Of a stretch of 64,000 bases of DNA, positions 1-9,437 are shown one piece after another. The notes under the pieces are model-generated. The model did no database searches, was not told the origin of the DNA, and was given only the letters and a program-made list of their open reading frames with translations. Both the position numbers and the translations under genes were made by a program. The DNA comes from an uncultured delta proteobacterium (GTDB lineage: Bacteria; Myxococcota_A; Polyangia; Fen-1088). The stretch lies in the NCBI GenBank assembly GCA_963796685.1, contig CAWCMR010000014.1, positions 1 through 64,000 on the forward strand, written 5' to 3'. Positions within the stretch are counted from its first letter, which is position 1. The number at the start of each line of letters is the position of its first letter.

Positions 1-16
1 CGGAAGGGTGCAGCCA

Positions 17-1063
17 TCATTCCCCCCCTTGTTCGACGACGCGCTTGGATTCTACCACCATGGTGCGCAGCGATCCGGCCCGTTCGCCGACGAAGAGAAG
101 GGCGAGGAAACCGAAGGCCACGTACCACACGAACTGAATTCCATGCAGGGCAACGGCGTAGGCACCGCCGATTGAGGTGAGAATGGACTCGGGCAGGTAG
201 GCCGCGAGCGCGAGCACGATGCCGGCGTGAAACTGGCCCACCAGCCCCGGCGCGTTGGGCAGCGAGATGAGCACACCCGTGAAGGCCATGGCGGCGAAGG
301 CCGCATGGATGGGGATGGGAAGATGCATGAGCCTCGCCAGGAACCACATGCCGAGCCCGTTGGCGCCCCAGTAGAGGGCGGTCTGCAGAAGGAACGGGAG
401 CATGTCTCGCGGATGTCCGAGGGCGCGAAAGCCTTGGATGAGGGCACGCAGCTTGTCGGCCGACTTGTTCGCCAGCTTGGGCGAAATCTTGTGCAGGAAC
501 GTCACGGTCAAGGCCAGCCTGATGGTGGCGTCCGGCCAGCGCAGGGCGAAGCCGAGGAACGCCGTCAGTCCGAGAAAGCCGAGGAGGGCCAACCAGGCGG
601 AAATCGCCAACATGGGTGGATAGGCGTGGCCGCCGGGCGCGAGCGAAAAGAGGTAGGTGGCAAAGAGCAGGATGGCGATGATCAGCCCGTCGACGATGCG
701 CTCCACGGCCACGGTGCCCAGCACCGCGCTCATGCGCGAGTGTCCTTCGCGAACGACGTAGTAGGGACGGGCGAATTCCCCCAGCCGAAAGGGCAGGGCC
801 AGGATGGCCATGAAGCTGACGGTCGAGATGATCATGAGTCGCCCGAACGGGAGCGAGACGCCGATGGGGCGAAGCAGATATTTCCAGCGCCAGGCCCGGA
901 AGATGTGGACGGGAAACAGGCAAAGAACGTAGAGAAACACGGTCGACATCGGCATCGCCAGCAACACGGACTTGGTTCCATGAAGGTCGATCTTGTGTAC
1001 GGCCAAGGCGATGCACAGCGCGCCCACGGTGAGCGAGACGACTATTTTGGCCAGGAGCTTCAC
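17..1063 (-). CDS. Lysylphosphatidylglycerol-synthase TM-domain (UPF0104, flippase-like) membrane protein
   Basis: C-terminal part of ORF 17..1825, start moved to GTG at 1063. Multiple TM segments and family motifs RAWRW..LL, LPFRLGEFARP, ERIVDG, PNAPGLVGQF. Confidence 0.8.
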   Translation of the reverse strand: MKLLAKIVVSLTVGALCIALAVHKIDLHGTKSVLLAMPMSTVFLYVLCLFPVHIFRAWRWKYLLRPIGVSLPFGRLMIISTVSFMAILALPFRLGEFARPYYVVREGHSRMSAVLGTVAVERIVDGLIIAILLFATYLFSLAPGGHAYPPMLAISAWLALLGFLGLTAFLGFALRWPDATIRLALTVTFLHKISPKLANKSADKLRALIQGFRALGHPRDMLPFLLQTALYWGANGLGMWFLARLMHLPIPIHAAFAAMAFTGVLISLPNAPGLVGQFHAGIVLALAAYLPESILTSIGGAYAVALHGIQFVWYVAFGFLALLFVGERAGSLRTMVVESKRVVEQGGE

Positions 1064-1083
1064 GGTGACGCTTGGGGACTCGA

Positions 1084-1803
1084 TCAGGGCAACTCGCCTC
1101 CCAAGATACGGCGAGGGTTCTCCTCTAGCAAGCGCGTGAGCCCCGCGCTGCCCAGGCGTTTGCGAATCCATTCGATGCCATCGGAGACTCTGTCCTGGGT
1201 ATCCGGGCTGTGCATGTCCGACGCCACCGCGTGGGCGAGGCCCTCTTCGACCAGCCGACGCGCGGTCTTGGTTTCGGCACGGTTGTGTGTGCCCGCCACG
1301 GCCTCGAGATCCACGACCATGGCCGCCTGCTTGCCCATGGCTTCGGCGAACTTGGGATCTCGCTGAACCGAGAGGTAGCGTTCGGGATGGGCCATGACCG
1401 GCAAGCACCCCCCCAAGCGGATCTCGAAGAGCGCCTCCTCGAGGTGCGGGGGCGCCAGCGCGGGATTCACCTCGAAAAGAAAAGCCCGTCGCCCATCGTA
1501 ACAGGGTACGGTGTGTTTGCGCAGGCGCTCGATGAGAATCTCGTCCCAAAAATTCTCGGCCCCCAGGCGGATGCGCACGGAAGGATGGTGTTTCTTGGCC
1601 TCGGACTGAACTTCGTCGAGTGCCAAGGCGATGGCCTCCGCCGTGGGGATGAAAAGCCCGTTTCTTTGGTGCGGCGTGGCGCATATCTCGGCGAACCCGA
1701 GATCCGCCAAGGCTTGCAGAATTTCCATGCTGGTCCGAAGATCGGGAGCGCCGTCGTCCAGCCCGGGCAGAAGGTGGCAGTGGAGGTCGATATACTGCGC
1801 CAC
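1084..1803 (-). CDS. PHP-family tyrosine-protein phosphatase (CpsB/CapC/YwqE-like)
   Basis: IDLHCHLLPGLDDGA, ATPH, AHPERY and ASDMH motifs; GTG start at 1803. Confidence 0.88.
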   Translation of the reverse strand: MAQYIDLHCHLLPGLDDGAPDLRTSMEILQALADLGFAEICATPHQRNGLFIPTAEAIALALDEVQSEAKKHHPSVRIRLGAENFWDEILIERLRKHTVPCYDGRRAFLFEVNPALAPPHLEEALFEIRLGGCLPVMAHPERYLSVQRDPKFAEAMGKQAAMVVDLEAVAGTHNRAETKTARRLVEEGLAHAVASDMHSPDTQDRVSDGIEWIRKRLGSAGLTRLLEENPRRILGGELP

Positions 1804-1914
1804 GTGAATTTCCCGAGCTGACCATAGCGGATCTTGTCCGGGTTGGCTGCTAATTCCCCGGCGGGAGGGGCAGATACAAAAATGAGAAAACTGACGATTG
1901 GGGCTTGCGCGAAA

Positions 1915-1930
1915 GGGAACACCGATTGCA
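1915..1930 (+). promoter_or_regulatory. Putative sigma-54 (-24/-12) promoter
   Basis: GGGAACACCGATTGCA: GG (1916-1917), exactly 10 nt, then GC (1928-1929) within TTGCA. GGAGG/AAGGA follows, then ATG at 1959. Confidence 0.55.
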
Positions 1931-1958
1931 AATTCAGCCCCTGGGAGGAAAGGATTCA

Positions 1959-2441
1959 ATGGGCGACAAAGTTGCTCTGCCGAGTCTCAGTTTACCGAAG
2001 CAAAGAACCCACTGGTCAGTAGGCGTCGTCATCGCGGCGGGCGTCCTTCTGCTCTTCTTGGGTGCAGCGCTTTACGCCGTTCTGCAACGCCAGCAGGCTC
2101 GTGAGGAGGCCTATGCGAAACGGCAGGCCGATCAGGCCGCCCTGATCAAGGCCGAGACCGAGAAGGCCAAGGCCGAAGCGGCGAAGGCGGCGGCGGAGGC
2201 CAAGAAGAAGGAAGCTGAAGCAGCGGCTTCGTCAGCCGCTGCGGCTCAAAGCAAAGCCGCCCAGGCAAACCGCGCCAGCGAAGAGTCTTCCAAGAAGTCG
2301 AGCAAGAAGAAGAGCGCGAGGAAGCCCAGCGGCAAGACCGCTGCGGCTGCGACCCCGGCAGCTGCCGCGCCGCCCGCGCCCGCCAAGCCGAGCAGCAAGG
2401 CCAGCAAGGACATCGACGACCTGCTGAGGGGCTTCAAGTAG
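1959..2441 (+). CDS. Single-pass membrane protein with Ala/Lys-rich (TolA-like) coiled coil
   Basis: TM segment VGVVIAAGVLLLFLGAALYAVL, AEAAKAAAEAKKK repeats, C-terminal DIDDLLRGFK; good RBS. Confidence 0.75.
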   Translation: MGDKVALPSLSLPKQRTHWSVGVVIAAGVLLLFLGAALYAVLQRQQAREEAYAKRQADQAALIKAETEKAKAEAAKAAAEAKKKEAEAAASSAAAAQSKAAQANRASEESSKKSSKKKSARKPSGKTAAAATPAAAAPPAPAKPSSKASKDIDDLLRGFK

Positions 2442-3942
2442 ACTGGTCCCGGCGGGCGAGTACTTCCTCGATGCGCGTGCGCAGATCGCCGTCGCGCAGG
2501 GTGACCGTGATCGCGTCTCCGGGAGAGAGCCCCTTTCGGCTGCGCAGCACGCTGCCATCGGGGCCTCGGGCAAGGCTGTAGCCCCGGTCGAGAACCTTGA
2601 GAGGCGAGAGCGCGTCGAGCTTGCCGGTCAGGGCTTCGAGGGCCCGCCGCCGTCCGGTCAGGAGCTGGCCTCCCGCGTGTCTCAGCCGGCGTTCGAGCGT
2701 GCCAATGGCCATGCGCTGATCCGCGATCCTGCGCTGGGGATGGGCGCGAAGCAGTCGGCCCTCGACCAACTGGAGATCCTTGTGCCTGCGCGAGCACGCG
2801 CTGCCGATCGCGCGCGCAGCCCGTTCAGCCAGCTCGTCGAGCGCTTGCCGGCGGTCGTCGATGAGTCGCCGTGGATCGCCAAGTCGTGTGCGCGCGCGTT
2901 CCAGCGCGAGCCGCCGCGCACCCACCTGGCCGAGCAGTCCACGGCCCAGACGCCCCGCCAGCACCTGGATCTCGGCGAGCAGCTCGGCGGCGACGGGAAC
3001 CGCGAGCTCGGCCGCCGCCGACGGGGTGGGGGCCCGCACGTCGGCCACGAAGTCGGCGATGGTGAAATCCGTCTCGTGACCGATGGCGGAGATGATGGGC
3101 AGCGGACAGGCGGCGATGGTGCGGGCCAAGGCTTCGTCGTTGAAGGCCCACAAATCCTCCATCGATCCACCGCCCCGGGCCAGGATGATGACGTCCACCC
3201 CAGGCACCTGGCAGAGCGCAACCAGCGCTGCCGTGATGGACGCCGCCGCGCCTTCGCCCTGAACCGGCGTCGGGGAGAGCAGAATCGGCACGGGAAAACG
3301 GCGGTGGGCGACGCGCACGATGTCGCGAATCACGGCCCCCTGGCGCGAGGTGACCACGCCGATTCGTCGTGGGAGAAAGGGCAGGGTGCGCTTGCGCGCG
3401 CCATCGAAGAGGCCTTCTTCGAGGAGCTTCTGCTTGAGGGCCTCGAAGGCAAGGGCCAGGGCGCCGGCGCCCGCCGGTTCGATGGACGCGACCTGCAGTT
3501 GGAAGCGCCCTCGGCCTTCGTAGATGGTGAGTCTTCCGCGGCAGCGCACGAGCTGTCCATCGCCGAGCCGAAACTTGAGACGACCGGCGTCGCGGGCGTA
3601 CATCACGCAATCGAGCTGCGCCTCGGGGTCCTTCAAGGTGAAGTAGAGGTGGCCGTTCGCGGAGCGCTTGCAGCCCGACACCTCGCCCTCGACGCGCACA
3701 TCGCCGAAACGCGACTCCAGGGTCTGCCGGGCGGCACGCACCAGCTCCGCGACCGCCAGGATGCGCGCCTCCCTGACGGTTTCCGCCGGGGGCGGGGCCG
3801 GCGCGGGCCTCGGGGCGAGGGCCGCGAAGCGCTGCTCGAAGGACAACTGCGGACCGGATTCGGGCTTCTCGCCCGTGTCGGTGGCGTCGGCGCCTGGCTT
3901 GCCCTGGGTTGCTTGCGGGGAATCGCCGCGCCGAGGTTTCAT
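2434..3942 (-). CDS. xseA: Exodeoxyribonuclease VII large subunit
   Basis: GHLYFTLKD, IGVVTS..GAVIRD, ARGGGSMEDLWAFN, AIGHETDFTIADFVADVRAPTPSAAAE, LSPLKVLDRGY; ATG at 3942 overlaps the upstream stop. Confidence 0.95.
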   Translation of the reverse strand: MKPRRGDSPQATQGKPGADATDTGEKPESGPQLSFEQRFAALAPRPAPAPPPAETVREARILAVAELVRAARQTLESRFGDVRVEGEVSGCKRSANGHLYFTLKDPEAQLDCVMYARDAGRLKFRLGDGQLVRCRGRLTIYEGRGRFQLQVASIEPAGAGALALAFEALKQKLLEEGLFDGARKRTLPFLPRRIGVVTSRQGAVIRDIVRVAHRRFPVPILLSPTPVQGEGAAASITAALVALCQVPGVDVIILARGGGSMEDLWAFNDEALARTIAACPLPIISAIGHETDFTIADFVADVRAPTPSAAAELAVPVAAELLAEIQVLAGRLGRGLLGQVGARRLALERARTRLGDPRRLIDDRRQALDELAERAARAIGSACSRRHKDLQLVEGRLLRAHPQRRIADQRMAIGTLERRLRHAGGQLLTGRRRALEALTGKLDALSPLKVLDRGYSLARGPDGSVLRSRKGLSPGDAITVTLRDGDLRTRIEEVLARRDQST

Positions 3943-4517
3943 CGCACGCCTCGCGTGGCCGCGCGCTCGTAGTCCGCGGCATCGGTGCGCATGCGTTCGA
4001 GATCGGCGGTGGCCGTGCGCTTGAGCTGCTCTGCGCGCGCGGCAAGCCCGGAGTACCCCCACCCCCAGTAGCGGTTGTTCGCCTGGTGGAAAAGCAGGGT
4101 GCCTGCCGGGGTGACGATCTCGGCGGTCTTTCCCGACGGCGCAAGCACGGGCAGACGGGAACCCGCCGCCGTCAACAGGGCCTGTGCGGCGGACCAATCT
4201 TCAGGTGCCAACATCCTGGCAAACAGCGCCTGCGCGTTCTCACTCGTGGCGCCTGGCTCGAAGCGCGCGAGCAAGCGGACGCGCTCGGCTCCTTCCGGAA
4301 CCGCGCTTTGCGTGATGTCGTAGCATTCGCGCCAGGCGCGCTGGATCGTCATCCACGACCAGTGGGTGTCTTGATCGAGGGCGTTCCACAACTTGGCGCT
4401 GTCGTGGGCGGTCACAGCGGCGGAAAGACGCGCATACGCTTCGGCAGGGGTGTGCGCACCACCGGCACCACAGCTCGCGCTGCCAAGGACGAAAACGGCG
4501 AAGAGGAGGGCTTTCAT
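3939..4517 (-). CDS. Hypothetical lipoprotein
   Basis: MKALLFAVFVLGSASC signal peptide/lipobox; ATGA-coupled to xseA. Confidence 0.7.
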   Translation of the reverse strand: MKALLFAVFVLGSASCGAGGAHTPAEAYARLSAAVTAHDSAKLWNALDQDTHWSWMTIQRAWRECYDITQSAVPEGAERVRLLARFEPGATSENAQALFARMLAPEDWSAAQALLTAAGSRLPVLAPSGKTAEIVTPAGTLLFHQANNRYWGWGYSGLAARAEQLKRTATADLERMRTDAADYERAATRGVR

Positions 4518-4636
4518 GGCGAGGAGTGGCCGGGCGAAGGCGGCGCAAGCGCCTACGCTAGTTCCGCCCGCGTGGGTGTGCAAGCGGTTGTTCATTCGCG
4601 TTGGAGAACTTGTGCTAGATTCCTTCGTTCTCGACG

Positions 4637-5782
4637 GTGACCGAAACAGGCGAAAAAGGATCGCAGCCCCCGCTGGATTTTCCCGAGCTAGAGTCGGGGG
4701 GCGGCGTCTCGTCCGCAGACGAGTTTGCCCATGTTCCATCATCCCGGCGGCGGCATCCCGCCATCGCGCTGGCGGCGGCGGCGTTGGCGGCTTTTCTCAT
4801 CTACCAGATTCACGACGACCTGCTCTTCGCCCTCTCGCACTCCGACGCGCGCGATATCGGCGATGCGCGCAAGGTGGCCTCGACGCCGGTGGACAAGCTG
4901 CCGATCAACCAGTACGTTCGCATGTCCGGCATGCCCGATCGGGAGAGCGGGGTCATCATCGACACCGCCGGCTCGTGGCAGTTCACGCAGTTCTTCCGCC
5001 TGCTCGGCACGCGCAGTCGGGTCTTCGTCAGCCGCGTGCCCGATCCGATTCCCGTCGAGCAGGCCGAGCGGGACGTCTTCGTCGGGCGGTTGGTGCGGTT
5101 CGGCGACTTGTCCTTCGCGGCCGCGATTCGCAAGCACTTCGCCAGTCGCGTGAGCGCCACGCACTTCTTTGCGCCGTCCGTGGTACGCGACAGGGTGGCC
5201 ACCACCAACGGCGGCCCTGTCGTCCTGGTCGATATGCTGGGCGAGCAGGTTTCCCTGGCACCCACCGACGAGCTTTCGATCGATGTGTCCCGACCTGCCG
5301 ACATGGTGGTCGAGCTGCCGCGCGCCAAGTATCCCGACGCGGCGGCGGCGCGCGCGGCCGTGGAACAGCAGGGCGGCCGTGTTCTCGACGAGACGGCCAA
5401 AGCCTTGGACCCCAAGAGCATCGCCCTGGTCGTGACCTTCCCGGAGGACAAGCGCGATCTGGCCATGCACGCCCTGTCGGAGCAGGACGAACGCGTGCGT
5501 TTTCGTCCCGTGCGCGCCACCCACACGGTCCGCATCTCCGACTTGTCCGCGGACAAGGACGACAAAGACGGCTTGAAGATTCGCAAGGCGGCGGAGAGCG
5601 TCGACATTCCTCTTTCGCGCATCCTGGCCATCAGCACTCAGGCCACGGTGCAAATCCCCGACGATGCCCTGCTGTTGCGCGAGGGCGAGCGTCCCCGCGA
5701 CCAGTACAAGTCCCTCATCATCGCCGCCTTCCTGCTAGGTTTTGCCGTAGTCAACCTCCTTGCCTTGCGCGCGCGCGGATAG
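4637..5782 (+). CDS. Hypothetical membrane protein (N- and C-terminal TM helices)
   Basis: 381-aa ORF with GC3-rich codons and two hydrophobic segments; ends 9 nt before cysS. Confidence 0.7.
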   Translation: MTETGEKGSQPPLDFPELESGGGVSSADEFAHVPSSRRRHPAIALAAAALAAFLIYQIHDDLLFALSHSDARDIGDARKVASTPVDKLPINQYVRMSGMPDRESGVIIDTAGSWQFTQFFRLLGTRSRVFVSRVPDPIPVEQAERDVFVGRLVRFGDLSFAAAIRKHFASRVSATHFFAPSVVRDRVATTNGGPVVLVDMLGEQVSLAPTDELSIDVSRPADMVVELPRAKYPDAAAARAAVEQQGGRVLDETAKALDPKSIALVVTFPEDKRDLAMHALSEQDERVRFRPVRATHTVRISDLSADKDDKDGLKIRKAAESVDIPLSRILAISTQATVQIPDDALLLREGERPRDQYKSLIIAAFLLGFAVVNLLALRARG

Positions 5783-5791
5783 CGCTTTTTC

Positions 5792-7261
5792 ATGCAAAGA
5801 ATCTACGATACCCGGGCAGGAAAGAAGGTGGACCTTGAGCTGCGCGAGCCGGGCAAGGTCGGCATGTATGCCTGCGGCGTTACCGTCTACGACCTATGCC
5901 ATGTCGGCCACGCGCGCACCCTGATCGCGTTCGACGTGATCGTTCGCCACCTGCGCCAGCGCGGCCTGGACGTTCGTCTGGTCCGCAACATCACCGACGT
6001 GGATGACAAGATCATTCGCAAGGGGCACGCCGAGGGACGCGACGCCGCCGAGGTGGCCAAGTTCTACGCGGACGCCATGGCCGCGGACATGGCCGCGCTT
6101 GGCATCGCCCCTCCCGACGTCGAGCCGCGCGCCACCCTGCACATCGCGGAGGTGATCGAGGTCATCCGGCGCCTGGAGGAGCGTGGCCTGGCCTACGCGG
6201 CCGAAGGCGATGTCTACTACTCGGTCGCGGGGTTTCCCGGCTATGGGAGTCTCTCCGGGCAAAGCATCGACGATTTGCAGGCCGGTGCGCGCATCGAGGT
6301 GGGCGAGCACAAGCGCAGTCCTCTCGATTTCGCGCTGTGGAAGGGGGCCAAGCCGGGTGAGCCGCAGTGGCCAAGCCCGTGGGGGCCGGGACGGCCTGGC
6401 TGGCACATCGAGTGCTCGGCCATGGCCCACCGCTATCTCGGTGACGCTTTCGACATTCACGGCGGGGGCTCGGACCTCATCTTTCCCCACCACGAAAACG
6501 AGATCGCGCAGTCCGAGGGCGCCTATGGATCGTTCGCGCGACATTGGATGCACTCGGGGATGGTCAATTTCGGCGGCGAGAAGATGTCGAAGTCGCTGGG
6601 CAACGTGGTGACCATTCGCCGGGTGGCCGAGACGCACGACCTCGAGGCATTGCGCCTCTTGCTCATCAGCGTGCACTACCGCAGCCCGGCCAACTTCACC
6701 ATTGGTCGCACCGCCAACGGTCAGCCCGCCTATCCCGATCTCGACGAAGCCGAAGCGCGGCTCGACTATTTCTATCGCACCCTGGAACGCCTGGATGCCT
6801 TCCTGGCCCCGCTGGCCAAGCTGCCCGACGGCCTGCCGCCGTCGGATTTGGCCAAGAACGCGGGTGCCGCCATGGACGACGATTTCAACACCGCGGCCGC
6901 CATCGGGCACCTCTACGATGCCTTCGTCCTGGCCAACAAGCTGCTCGACGATCCCAAGTCCATGCCCAAGCCGGCCCGGCAAGAGACCTTGGCCGCCATC
7001 GCGCGGGACGCTCGTGCGGTCGGCGCGACGCTCGGGATCATGCTCAGGCCACCGTCGGAGTTCTTGCTGGCTCGGCGGGATCGCTTGTGCGTGCGACGCA
7101 ACATCGATCGCGCCGCAGTCGAGGCGCGCATCGCCGATCGCGCCGCCGCGCGGGCTGCCAAGGACTTCAAGCGCGCGGACGAGATCCGGGCCGAGCTCAA
7201 GGATTCGGGCGTCGAGTTGATGGACACGCCCGCAGGCACCGCCTGGCGCGTGTCAGGCTAA
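5792..7261 (+). CDS. cysS: Cysteine--tRNA ligase
   Basis: CGVTVYDLCHVGH, DFALWK, GRPGWHIECSAM, DIHGGGSDLIFPHHENE, KMSKSLGN. Confidence 0.97.
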   Translation: MQRIYDTRAGKKVDLELREPGKVGMYACGVTVYDLCHVGHARTLIAFDVIVRHLRQRGLDVRLVRNITDVDDKIIRKGHAEGRDAAEVAKFYADAMAADMAALGIAPPDVEPRATLHIAEVIEVIRRLEERGLAYAAEGDVYYSVAGFPGYGSLSGQSIDDLQAGARIEVGEHKRSPLDFALWKGAKPGEPQWPSPWGPGRPGWHIECSAMAHRYLGDAFDIHGGGSDLIFPHHENEIAQSEGAYGSFARHWMHSGMVNFGGEKMSKSLGNVVTIRRVAETHDLEALRLLLISVHYRSPANFTIGRTANGQPAYPDLDEAEARLDYFYRTLERLDAFLAPLAKLPDGLPPSDLAKNAGAAMDDDFNTAAAIGHLYDAFVLANKLLDDPKSMPKPARQETLAAIARDARAVGATLGIMLRPPSEFLLARRDRLCVRRNIDRAAVEARIADRAAARAAKDFKRADEIRAELKDSGVELMDTPAGTAWRVSG

Positions 7262-7275
7262 AAGGTCGAAATCGC

Positions 7276-8139
7276 GTGATTGGTGTATTCGATTCCGGCT
7301 TCGGCGGCTTGACCGTACTGCGGTCGCTGGTTGCGCGCCTTCCCGAGTACGACTACTTCTACCTTGGCGACAGTGCGCGCGCGCCCTATGGCAGCCGCAG
7401 CCTGGAGGTCGTACACAGCTTCACCCGCGAGGCGGTCGAGCTCCTGTTCGACGCCGGCTGTCCGTTGGTCGTGCTCGCCTGCAACACGGCTTCGGCGCAG
7501 GCGCTTCGCACCTTGCAGCAGCGGCACTTGCCGGCGCATCGTCCGGATCGCCGCATTCTCGGCGTGGTCAGGCCTTCGGCGGAAGCGCTGGCTGGGCTGC
7601 CACCCGGCGCAATTCCAGGCGTCACGCAACCCTCGCTGGCCGCGGGCACCGTCGCCGTGCTAGGGACCGTCGGGACCGTGGCTTCGGGGTCGTACGCTCT
7701 CGAGCTCGCCAAGCTGGCGCCGGGACTTCGTCTCGTCGAACAAGCCTGTCCACTGTGGGTGCCGCTCGTCGAGGCCGGAGAAACCTCGGGACCGGGGGTG
7801 GACTACTTTCTGCACAAGTATCTCGATCCGCTCTTTGCGCGAACCGAGCCACCCTCGCGTCTGCTCCTGGGGTGCACGCACTATCCGCTTCTGCAGACCG
7901 GAATTCGAGCCATCGTGCCGCCCACCGTCGAGCTCATCGATCAGGGCGCTCTGGTGGCGGAGCGTTTGGCGGACTGGCTGGCCCGTCATCCGGACATGGA
8001 GCGGCGACTCTCCAAGGGCGGCGGACGACGCTATGCCACCACCGACGATCCGGCATGGTTCGCCGCCCGAGGTGAGCCCATCATGCGGACGTCGCTGGCG
8101 GTGGAGCGCGTGCGGCTCTCGCCCTGGCGGGATGTTTGA
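7276..8139 (+). CDS. murI: Glutamate racemase
   Basis: IGVFDSGFGGLTV, PYGSRS, ACNTAS, LGCTHY; GTG start at 7276. Confidence 0.95.
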   Translation: MIGVFDSGFGGLTVLRSLVARLPEYDYFYLGDSARAPYGSRSLEVVHSFTREAVELLFDAGCPLVVLACNTASAQALRTLQQRHLPAHRPDRRILGVVRPSAEALAGLPPGAIPGVTQPSLAAGTVAVLGTVGTVASGSYALELAKLAPGLRLVEQACPLWVPLVEAGETSGPGVDYFLHKYLDPLFARTEPPSRLLLGCTHYPLLQTGIRAIVPPTVELIDQGALVAERLADWLARHPDMERRLSKGGGRRYATTDDPAWFAARGEPIMRTSLAVERVRLSPWRDV

Positions 8140-8181
8140 AGAACCCAACCCGGGGTTGAATCTCGTTTCAGCCTGCTGGGG

Positions 8182-8902
8182 CTACAGATAGAGCCGCAGG
8201 GCCAAGACCTGGCGCAGGTTCGAAACGACGCTGTGAAGATTGTTCACTTTCGAGACCCCGTCGGCGCGCGGACGAATGGTGATGGGAACGTTCTTGATGC
8301 GCGCGCCGGCCCGGGCCTGGCGCAAGATGAGCTCCCATGAGCACGGTCCAGCCGCGGCCCTGCGAGACCAGCCGGGTCCGGTCGAGCAAGCTGCGCCGAA
8401 ACATGATGATCCCCTGAAAATGCGGGAAGTGCCCGAAAAGCCCGCGCAGGAGCAGGCGCTCGGCCAGGGAAAGCAGTCGGCCCGCGACCGGCCCGCCACG
8501 TTCGGGCAGGGTGCCGAGAATGAGATCCGCATCGTCGATGGCGGCGAGATAGCGCCCGATGATGGTGGCGGGAAACTGGCCGTCCGCCGGGAAGAAGGTG
8601 ACGAGATCGCCGCGCGCCTGGGCGAATCCGGTCCGATACACGCCGCCGAGGCCGAGATTGGCCTCGTGATGATGGACCCGCACGCCCGGAAACGCGACGG
8701 CCATCCTGTCCGCGACCGCGCCCGTGCCGTCCGAGCTGCCGTCGTCGATGATGAGCAGCTCGTGGCTGGCACCCAGCAGCGCAAGCGCGCCGTGGATTTC
8801 GGCCGTGACCGCGGCAAGGGTGGCGGCTTCGTTGAACGCCATGAGCACCACGGAAATGCGCGGTGTGGGCGGTGTGGTTGGGCCGGTGGGCGCGGGGCTC
8901 AT
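8182..8902 (-). CDS. Glycosyltransferase family 2 (DPM1-like), +1 frameshift near 8335 (probable sequencing error)
   Basis: AFNEAATL, IIDDGSSDGT, FPADGQF in frame 8168..8902. The C-terminus ELILRQARAGARIKNVPI..R..GVSKV is in frame 8182..8817. One extra G in ATGGGAGCTC. Confidence 0.82.
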
Positions 8903-8982
8903 GCCACCAGAATAGGCCGTCGTCCCGGATGGGGCTTGATATTCTTGCGCATGCTTCCGATGCTAGGGACAGGAGAAACGCC

Positions 8983-9417
8983 ATGTTGAATTTGCGTCAC
9001 GCGCTTGCGATCTTGCTTCTGGCGGGCCTTGCCGGATGCAAGTCGCAACCCGAGTCGCCCTATTGTCCGCAGGGAATGCTCGAGGTGGCCACGCGCTCGG
9101 AGCCGGGCAAGACGGTTTGGTGTGAATCGAAGGACAAGGTTCGCGCGCAGTGGATCGAGTTGCACCCTGGCACCACGCAGCCGCGCCAAAGCTGCGGCTA
9201 CCGGAATCTCAGCGCCGAGGGCTCGTTCACGGCGTGGCACCGCGACGGGAAGCCTTGGGTGCAGGGGCAGTTCGTGTCGGGCCAGAAGACGGGCAAGTGG
9301 AAGCAGTGGGACGCCACCGGAAACGAAGTCGCCGAGGGGGACTACAGCGGAGGGAGGCTGGCCGCGGGCGCGCCTGTGGCGGGCATGTCCCTTTGCGAGA
9401 AGATGGGGCACCGGTAG
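8983..9417 (+). CDS. Lipoprotein with MORN-variant (YwqK-like) repeats
   Basis: LAGC lipobox; EGSFTAWHRDGKPWVQGQFVSGQKTGKWKQWDATG repeats. Confidence 0.75.
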   Translation: MLNLRHALAILLLAGLAGCKSQPESPYCPQGMLEVATRSEPGKTVWCESKDKVRAQWIELHPGTTQPRQSCGYRNLSAEGSFTAWHRDGKPWVQGQFVSGQKTGKWKQWDATGNEVAEGDYSGGRLAAGAPVAGMSLCEKMGHR

Positions 9418-9437
9418 CCGCGCCAAGTCGGCGCCCG

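Noticed and set aside
8983-9417. YwqK-like antitoxin of a toxin-immunity pair
   Set aside because: No adjacent toxin; MORN-variant repeats in a lipoprotein are not specific evidence.
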